Shown here piece by piece: positions 57,824 through 64,000 of a DNA stretch of 64,000 nucleotides; position 1 is the first letter of the stretch, and every line of letters starts with the position of its first letter. The notes below the pieces were generated by a model. It had not been told where the DNA came from. It made no database searches and was given only the letters and a program-made list of their open reading frames with translations. The translations under genes and the position numbers were made by a program. This DNA comes from Candidatus Buchananbacteria bacterium CG10_big_fil_rev_8_21_14_0_10_33_19 (GTDB lineage: Bacteria; Patescibacteriota; Patescibacteriia; 2-01-FULL-39-33): contig PEZY01000012.1 of assembly GCA_002773855.1 (NCBI GenBank), positions 161,570-225,569 of the forward strand. Direction: 5' to 3'.

Positions 57824-57964
57824 ATGATCGCAGCCAGTTTGGTAATTATAGGTATTGTGTTTTTATTTAAAAATCTAGGCATTATGCCAGAGATTGCCTG
57901 GGATATTGTGTGGCCAGTAATTTTAATTGTTCTTGGTCTGACAATGATTTTTAAAAAGAAATAG
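57824..57964 (+). CDS. 46-aa two-TM small membrane protein (DUF5668/LiaF-TM-like); not in the supplied ORF track
   Basis: MIAASLVIIGIVFLFKNLGIMPEIAWDIVWPVILIVLGLTMIFKKK, followed directly by a terminator. Confidence 0.35.
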   Translation: MIAASLVIIGIVFLFKNLGIMPEIAWDIVWPVILIVLGLTMIFKKK

Positions 57965-57990
57965 TAATTAATTTGGAGATAAAAAGTTGC

Positions 57991-58021
57991 TATGAGAATA
58001 GCAACTTTTTTAATTTTAAAT
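57991..58021 (+). terminator. Intrinsic terminator (AAAAAGTTGCTAT-GAGA-ATAGCAACTTTTT)
   Basis: Stem-loop plus U-tract. Confidence 0.55.
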
Positions 58022-58131
58022 GAACCAGGTGGTGATTTCGTAAAAATTAAAAATTTGTTATACTATATTTAGTAAAGACCTTGTTTTTAAGTAATTGGAT
58101 ATATTGTAAGTATTGAAGTTTTTAATTAATT

Positions 58132-58428
58132 TTGCTAGATTTTAGCTATAAGTATATTTATTTAAATATGAATCAAGAAGTATTAAAATCAACAATTTTA
58201 GATAGGCTTGATTTAAAACATCGAGCTGATTTGCAAATAGAATTAATTAGACAAATGTTGGGTGATAATCCTTCACCAGAAGATGAGTTTAATTGGGTCA
58301 AAGAGTATGGTAAAAAGGTTAGTGACTTAATTGATTATCATGAACACGATGATATTAGAGATTTGTCTTTGAGAGGCGATTATAGTGCTGCTGCTGAGTT
58401 AATATTAGATTTATTAGAAGTAAAATAA
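58132..58428 (+). CDS. Hypothetical small acidic protein upstream of pgk
   Basis: 98 aa, no recognisable motif. Possible extended -10 promoter TGTTATACT near 58056. Confidence 0.3.
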   Translation: MLDFSYKYIYLNMNQEVLKSTILDRLDLKHRADLQIELIRQMLGDNPSPEDEFNWVKEYGKKVSDLIDYHEHDDIRDLSLRGDYSAAAELILDLLEVK

Positions 58429-58435
58429 TAAATTT

Positions 58436-59620
58436 GTGAGAGTCAGATCAATTAGAGAATTAAAGAATATTAAAAATAAGCGTATTTTATTACGCGTTGA
58501 TTTTAACGTTCCAATTTCTAAGTCTGGTAAGATTGATCAAAATGAAGATTATCGAATTGTACAAACTCTACCGACTATAAAATATCTACTCAAAAAGAAA
58601 GCCAAGGTTGTTATATTAGCTCATTTAGGTAGACCAGGCGGTAAGGTTGTGGAAAGTCTAAGATTAGATCCAGTGGCTATTAGATTGTCACAGTTACTTA
58701 AAAAAGACATTTATAAAAGTGACAGTATTATAGACAAAGACACACTTAAAAATATTGATAGCTTAGCAGGTGGTAATATTTTGATGTTAGAAAATATTCG
58801 CTTTGATAAACGTGAGGAAAAGGCTGATAAAAAATTTGCTAATGAGCTAGCTGGTTTAGGTGATATTTATGTCAATGATGCTTTTGCTGTTTGCCATCGT
58901 GATCAGGCTTCGGTGTCTACGATTCAAAACCATTTACCAGCTTATGCTGGGTTGTTGTTAGAAGATGAATTAAAAAATTTAAATTCTGCAGTAATCAAAC
59001 CGTTTAAACCTTTGACCGTGATAATTGGTGGCGCTAAAATTTCTACTAAGATTAAATTAATTCAAAGGTTTTTAAAAATTTCTGACCATGTTTTATTGGG
59101 TGGGGCCTTAGCCAATACAGTTTTGCACGTGATGGGAGTGTCAGTGGGAAAATCTTTGGTAGAGCCAGAAATGTATCCAGTGATTAGAAAGATTAAATTA
59201 ACTGATAATCAATTAAGAGTGCCAGTGGACGGTTTATTGGCTAAAAATTATCAGGCTAAGACTGGTAGATTAGATGCTTTAGCTGATGTTCGACCAGATG
59301 AATTGATTTTGGATATTGGCCCAGATACTATTAAACTATATGAAAAGATTATCAAATCTTCGAAGATGATTGTTTGGAATGGCCCCATGGGTTTAATTGA
59401 AACGCCATTTTTTGCTAAAGGTACAGAGTCTTTAATTAAAATACTGGCCAAAACAAAGGCTTATACGGTAGTGGGTGGTGGTGAAAGTGTCCAAGTTATT
59501 AGACGACTTAATTTAGAAAAAAAATTTAATTTTATTTCGACTGGTGGTGGGGCCATGTTAGAATTTTTGGAGGGCAAAAAATTACCAGGACTTAAAAAAA
59601 TATTATTAACTAATAAATAA
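58436..59620 (+). CDS. pgk: Phosphoglycerate kinase (GTG start)
   Basis: LRVDFNVP, GRPGG, GGGA motifs; 394 aa. Confidence 0.95.
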   Translation: MRVRSIRELKNIKNKRILLRVDFNVPISKSGKIDQNEDYRIVQTLPTIKYLLKKKAKVVILAHLGRPGGKVVESLRLDPVAIRLSQLLKKDIYKSDSIIDKDTLKNIDSLAGGNILMLENIRFDKREEKADKKFANELAGLGDIYVNDAFAVCHRDQASVSTIQNHLPAYAGLLLEDELKNLNSAVIKPFKPLTVIIGGAKISTKIKLIQRFLKISDHVLLGGALANTVLHVMGVSVGKSLVEPEMYPVIRKIKLTDNQLRVPVDGLLAKNYQAKTGRLDALADVRPDELILDIGPDTIKLYEKIIKSSKMIVWNGPMGLIETPFFAKGTESLIKILAKTKAYTVVGGGESVQVIRRLNLEKKFNFISTGGGAMLEFLEGKKLPGLKKILLTNK

Positions 59621-59622
59621 GT

Positions 59623-60603
59623 ATGAAAAGCAAATATCTTTATTTAGTACCTTTGTTTTTATTTATAGTTCTTTTTTCTTTCGGTGGTAGCGTAATAGCA
59701 GCAGACAAAGACTTATTAATTGACAGTGTTGCCTTTGATCCAGTTCAGCCAGTTGTTGGTCAAACCACTAAGATAATAGTTAAAGCTAGATATTATGGTA
59801 CCAATCCGTTGACTATTAATTATGGTGTAGATAATGTTGCTTTTTCTCATAGTGATTTTTGGCAAATAGATAGTTCTAATAATGGGTCATCAATCAAGCC
59901 AGCAAGTTATAATCCGCTTTATTCGGGTGCGGAATTCACATATGTTTTTACTGGCCGGTTTACTGGCGGTGGTGAAAAAATGTTAGTCTTTAAAATTGAT
60001 GGCTATAATCAATTAGCAGAATATAACGAGTACAATAATATTATAAATGTCAATATTAATGTTTTACAAACTGGTGATTTGATTAAATTAACAAATGATC
60101 CAGCTGTTTATATGATTGGCGATGATGGTAAAAAACATCTCTATGTTAATGCTCCAACTTTTTGGAGTTATTATAGAGGTAGTTGGGGTAATTTAATTTT
60201 AGATAATAAAAATGTTTATATTAAAATAATTTCACAGGCAAATTTTGATGAGATAGATATTGGCAAAAACATTACCATGAAGCCAGGTGCTAAGTTGGTT
60301 AAATTTCAAAACAGTCCTAGAATTTATTCAGTATTCGGTTCAGCCAAGCTTCGATATATGTCAGATCAAACAGTTGCAAATTTGTATGGTTATAATTGGG
60401 GTAATAAAGTAATAACTCTTCAAAATGGTTTTGAATCAGATTATTTTTTAGCCAGCCAGGATTTTGTTGATAGTGATGGTGATGGCTTGTCTGATGAAGA
60501 TGAATTTAGTATTTATCGAACTAATCCTTATAATGTTGACACAGATCACGATGGCCACAGAGACGGAGTAGAAGTGATTAATAGTTATAGTCCAATAATA
60601 TAA
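59623..60603 (+). CDS. Secreted protein: CARDB-like N-terminal domain, central domain shared with the S8 protease C-terminus, C-terminal TSP3-like Ca-binding motif
   Basis: Signal peptide. DSVAFDPVQPVVGQTTKIIVKARYYGTNP is CARDB-like. MKPGAKLVKFQNSPRIYSV ... LQNGFESDYF is homologous to protease residues ~420-500. DSDGDGLSDEDE ... DTDHDG. Confidence 0.6.
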   Translation: MKSKYLYLVPLFLFIVLFSFGGSVIAADKDLLIDSVAFDPVQPVVGQTTKIIVKARYYGTNPLTINYGVDNVAFSHSDFWQIDSSNNGSSIKPASYNPLYSGAEFTYVFTGRFTGGGEKMLVFKIDGYNQLAEYNEYNNIINVNINVLQTGDLIKLTNDPAVYMIGDDGKKHLYVNAPTFWSYYRGSWGNLILDNKNVYIKIISQANFDEIDIGKNITMKPGAKLVKFQNSPRIYSVFGSAKLRYMSDQTVANLYGYNWGNKVITLQNGFESDYFLASQDFVDSDGDGLSDEDEFSIYRTNPYNVDTDHDGHRDGVEVINSYSPII

Positions 60604-60650
60604 TAAATTTAATTAAATCAAATCAATTAATAATTAATTAGAAAAAATAT

Positions 60651-61448
60651 ATGGAAGGTCAAATGATGGATAAAAAACACTATATGCCTAAAAAAATTAT
60701 GATAATTTTTTTGAGCGTAGTATTAGTGCTTTTGGGAATTTATTTAATTTCTTTAACTAGAAATTCGTTAAAGAGTTATAGCTATATAGGTAAATCACCA
60801 GAATTTAAAAATATTATAACAGTAGATGGTAGTGGTAAGGTAACTGCTAAATCCGATGTGGCTATAATTAATGCTGGAGTTGTGACTGAGAAATTAACAG
60901 TAGAGCAAGCGCAAAAAGAGAACACCGATAAAATGAATGCTATTGTTAAGGCTTTAAAAGATGAATTTAAGATTGCTGATAGTGATATTAAAACTAATCA
61001 GTATGGTATTAATCCTAGATATGATTGGAGCGATGGCACACAACGAATTATTGGCTATACAGTTAATCAGTCTGTAGAAATTAAAGTGAGAGATTTTAGT
61101 AAAATCGGTGATATTTTGGCGCGGTCCGCTGAACTAGGTACTAATAGTTTGAATGGTCCAAATTTTACTATTGACGATCCAGAAGAGTTTAAGGCTCAAG
61201 CTAGGGAAAAGGCCATAGCACAAGCTAAAGAAAAGGCTAAAGTTTTGTCTGATCAAGTGGGAATTAAATTGGGATCAATCGTTAATTTCTCAGAAAATTT
61301 TAATGGTTCATCTGGACCAATACTTTATGCTAACGATATGGCTTATGGTTTAGGTGGTGGTGGTGAAAAATCATTACCAGTACCAACTATTGAGGTTGGC
61401 AGCGAAGAAGTAGCTGTTAGTGTTAGTATAAGCTATGAAATAAGATAA
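60651..61448 (+). CDS. SIMPL-domain (DUF541/BP26-like) protein with N-terminal TM anchor
   Basis: SIMPL-like layout with GxxxNAGVxTE start; 265 aa. Confidence 0.65.
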   Translation: MEGQMMDKKHYMPKKIMIIFLSVVLVLLGIYLISLTRNSLKSYSYIGKSPEFKNIITVDGSGKVTAKSDVAIINAGVVTEKLTVEQAQKENTDKMNAIVKALKDEFKIADSDIKTNQYGINPRYDWSDGTQRIIGYTVNQSVEIKVRDFSKIGDILARSAELGTNSLNGPNFTIDDPEEFKAQAREKAIAQAKEKAKVLSDQVGIKLGSIVNFSENFNGSSGPILYANDMAYGLGGGGEKSLPVPTIEVGSEEVAVSVSISYEIR

Positions 61449-61471
61449 TTTTAAGAAATAAAATAATTATA

Positions 61472-62722
61472 ATGGCAAAAATAAAATCAGTTAAAGCTCG
61501 AGAAATTTTAGATTCCAGAGGTAATCCCACTGTGGAAGTGGAGATTATTTTGGATAATAATAAAAAAGTTTGGGCTAGTGTACCATCTGGTGCTTCAACT
61601 GGTGTTTATGAAGCCTTAGAGCTACGCGATGGTGATAAAAAGAGATATGGCGGTAAGGGTGTGTTAAAAGCCGTTAAAAATATTAATAAAAAAATAGCCC
61701 CTAAAATTATTGGCCTAGATCCTACTAGTCAAATAGAAATTGATAATCTAATGATTAAGTTGGATGGTACAGAAAATAAATCTAAATTGGGGGCTAATGC
61801 TATTTTGGGGGTTTCAATGGCGGTGGCCAGAGCTGGAGCTCAGGCTACAAATCAACCACTTTATTTATACTTACGCAAAAAGTTTTGGAGCCAACAAAAG
61901 AAATGGCAATTTCCAATGCCAACAATGAATATTTTAAATGGCGGTGTTCATGCTGGCTGGTCTATAGATGTTCAAGAGTTTATGGTGGTACCACAACAAA
62001 AAAATATTCATCAGGCTATTAGGTGTGGGGTAGAAATATTTCATAGCTTAAAATCTATTTTAAAAGATATGAATTACCCAGTGACGGTAGGTGATGAGGG
62101 TGGTTATGCTCCAGCACTAGGCGGTAATGAACAAGCGATGCAATTGATGTCCAAGGCTATTAAAAAAGCTGGTTATAATTTTGGTCGTGATGTAAAAATT
62201 TCTATGGATCCAGCTTCATCAGAATTTTATAAAAATGGTCAATATGAAATGAAAGCTGATAAGAGAAATAGAACATCTGATGAGATGATAGAGATGTATA
62301 AAAAGTGGGTAGCTAAATATCCCATTGCTTTTATTGAAGATGGCTTAGCTGAAGATGATTGGGCTGGTTGGCAAAAATTAACTACCGAACTTGGTAAAAA
62401 AATACCTCTCATAGGTGATGATTTATTTGTGACCAATGTTAAGAGATTACAAGAAGGTATAGATAAAAAAGTTGGCAATGCTATTTTGATAAAATTAAAT
62501 CAAATTGGTAGCGTGTCAGAGACAATAGAAACTATGCTTTTGGCTCAGAAAAATAAATATAAACTAGCCATATCTCATCGTAGCGGTGAGACGGTGGATG
62601 ATTTCATTGCTGATTTGGCAGTTGCCTCAAGTGCCGAGTTTATTAAGACCGGATCATTATCTCGCGGTGAAAGAATTACCAAATACAATAGATTAATGGA
62701 AATTTGGGACGAAGTTAAGTAA
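61472..62722 (+). CDS. eno: Enolase
   Basis: MAKIKSVKAREILDSRGNPTVEVEI and downstream enolase motifs; 416 aa. Confidence 0.95.
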   Translation: MAKIKSVKAREILDSRGNPTVEVEIILDNNKKVWASVPSGASTGVYEALELRDGDKKRYGGKGVLKAVKNINKKIAPKIIGLDPTSQIEIDNLMIKLDGTENKSKLGANAILGVSMAVARAGAQATNQPLYLYLRKKFWSQQKKWQFPMPTMNILNGGVHAGWSIDVQEFMVVPQQKNIHQAIRCGVEIFHSLKSILKDMNYPVTVGDEGGYAPALGGNEQAMQLMSKAIKKAGYNFGRDVKISMDPASSEFYKNGQYEMKADKRNRTSDEMIEMYKKWVAKYPIAFIEDGLAEDDWAGWQKLTTELGKKIPLIGDDLFVTNVKRLQEGIDKKVGNAILIKLNQIGSVSETIETMLLAQKNKYKLAISHRSGETVDDFIADLAVASSAEFIKTGSLSRGERITKYNRLMEIWDEVK

Positions 62723-62736
62723 TAGTTGTTTCAAAA

Positions 62737-62761
62737 GGCGGTCAATTCTGGCCGCTTTTTT
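62737..62761 (+). terminator. Intrinsic terminator (GCGGTC-AATTCT-GGCCGC plus T6)
   Basis: Stem-loop plus U-tract after the eno stop. Confidence 0.6.
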
Positions 62762-62763
62762 AA

Positions 62764-62792
62764 TTGACAAAATAGATTAAATGTGGAATTAT
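62764..62792 (+). promoter_or_regulatory. Candidate promoter (TTGACA - 17 nt - AATTAT) for the downstream oxidoreductase gene
   Basis: Perfect -35 at 62764-62769 and a weak -10. Confidence 0.3.
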
Positions 62793-62866
62793 GTCAGTGA
62801 GTTTGTTCTTTAAATATATAACAAATACCAACAAAGCTAGGCTTATACGCCTCAGGAGGAAGTGTT

Positions 62867-64000
62867 ATGACAATAGACAGGCCTTATGATGCAATTATTA
62901 TTGGTGGCGGACATAATGGGTTGGTTTGTGCCACATATTTGGCTAGAGCTGGTTTAAGGGTGGTAGTTTTGGAGCGTCGCCCGGTTTTGGGTGGTGCCTG
63001 TGTCACTGAAGAAATGGCTGGTTGTCAGGTATCTCGAACCTCTTATGTTTCTAGTTTGTTTCCACCAAAAATTATTCAAGATTTAGATCTTCATAATTTT
63101 GGCTTAGAATTGCTAGAAAGAAATCCACCGTCATTTACACCATACTTAGATGGTCGGTATTTAATTTTACATCAGGATCTGCACAAGACTCAGGCGGAAA
63201 TACTTAAATTTTCTAAAAATGATGCTTACTATTATCCAATATACGAAGCTAACCTTGATCGAGTAGTAGGTTTTGTTGAAGATTTACTTTTTATGACGCC
63301 GCCAGATCCGACCAAGAAAAAAGATTGGTTGAAACTAGCTATGTTAGGCTTAAAAGCTTTAGGCTTGAAACAAGATTTAGTAACTTTATCAGAACTTTTT
63401 AGTTTGAGCGCTTATGATTTTGTTAAAAAGCATTTTGAAAGCGATATTTTGATAGCCACTTTGTGTACCGACGGTATAATTGGGGCGGTGGGCGGACCAT
63501 TTTGTCCTGGTACGGCTTATGTTTTATTACATCATGTGATGGGTGAGATTAATGGTCATCGTGGCCGTTGGGGTTATGTACGTGGTGGTATGGGTGGCTT
63601 AACTAGATCAATTTCGATATCATTGATACGTCACGGCGGATTTTATGATACCAGCTCTGAGGTTGCTAATATTTTAATAGATAATAGCAGGGTCAGTGGC
63701 GTTCTTTTAACCGATGGTCGAGTTTTCAAATCTAAGATTGTTGTTTCTGGCGCTGATTTGCATAACACCTTTGATAAAATGCTACAGGGTGTAGAATTGC
63801 CAGATGATTTTAGAAAAGGCTTAGACGCCATAGACTACAGTAGCGCCACTTCTAAAATTAATCTAGTAATTGAAGGTGAGTTAAAATTTAAGTGTTATGA
63901 TGGTCAGGTGCCAGGTACTTTCCATATTTGTGAAAATGTGGCGTATATGGAACGAGCAGCTGATGTGGCCAAACATGGCGGTATTTCTGATGATTTAGTG
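62867..64000 (+). CDS. FAD/NAD(P)-dependent oxidoreductase, phytoene-desaturase (CrtI)-like family, 3'-partial (runs off the window end); not in the supplied ORF track
   Basis: RBS AGGAGGA. MTIDRPYDAIIIGGGHNGLVCATYLARAGLRVVVLERRPVLGGA is a dinucleotide-binding motif. Open frame of 378 codons to the window edge. Confidence 0.7.
   Translation, partial: MTIDRPYDAIIIGGGHNGLVCATYLARAGLRVVVLERRPVLGGACVTEEMAGCQVSRTSYVSSLFPPKIIQDLDLHNFGLELLERNPPSFTPYLDGRYLILHQDLHKTQAEILKFSKNDAYYYPIYEANLDRVVGFVEDLLFMTPPDPTKKKDWLKLAMLGLKALGLKQDLVTLSELFSLSAYDFVKKHFESDILIATLCTDGIIGAVGGPFCPGTAYVLLHHVMGEINGHRGRWGYVRGGMGGLTRSISISLIRHGGFYDTSSEVANILIDNSRVSGVLLTDGRVFKSKIVVSGADLHNTFDKMLQGVELPDDFRKGLDAIDYSSATSKINLVIEGELKFKCYDGQVPGTFHICENVAYMERAADVAKHGGISDDLV

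Noticed and set aside
1-64000. Alternative genetic code (UGA recoding, as in Gracilibacteria/SR1)
   Set aside because: TGA clearly functions as a stop, for example the ATGA stop/start overlaps at 14881-14884 and 15591-15594, and ORF lengths are normal under code 11.
1-64000. CRISPR arrays, rRNA or tRNA genes
   Set aside because: There are no regularly spaced direct repeats with unique spacers and no tRNA- or rRNA-like conserved segments. Intergenic regions are mostly under 150 nt and AT-rich.

Overview
This is a 64 kb AT-rich window (about 30% GC) with tightly packed, frequently overlapping genes that use the standard code (TGA is used as a stop, including ATGA stop/start overlaps). That is consistent with a small-genome, low-GC bacterium, possibly Patescibacteria/CPR-like, but this cannot be proven from sequence alone. 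The window is dominated by an unusually large cell-surface glycan biosynthesis super-cluster. Block 1 (6005-38942) has about 30 genes all on the + strand. Block 2 (39740-49224) is mixed-strand and contains the priming polyprenyl-phosphate glycosylphosphotransferase. Block 3 (51962-54668) is a smaller glycosyltransferase block. Together they carry 12 or more GT4 glycosyltransferase domains and 4 DPM1-like GT2 genes. They also carry 4 SDR sugar epimerase/dehydratases and a UDP-sugar dehydrogenase-like gene. A Wzx-like flippase, a WbaP-like priming transferase, two GtrA-family proteins, two SAM methyltransferases, a sulfotransferase and a NodB-type deacetylase complete the set. Several multi-domain fusions and a five-gene putative activated-sugar pathway are also present. 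Embedded in block 1 is a CotH-like kinase / VTC-domain / DUF4956 triad of unknown function. Other features are a secreted lipase-like hydrolase, a secreted S8 protease, a CARDB/TSP3 surface protein that shares a C-terminal domain with the protease, RmuC, alanine racemase, pgk and eno. A small tandem-repeat protein with an integrase-N-terminal-like repeat has its own strong promoter and terminator. There are several intrinsic terminators and two GC-rich non-coding elements. No rRNA, tRNA or CRISPR was found.
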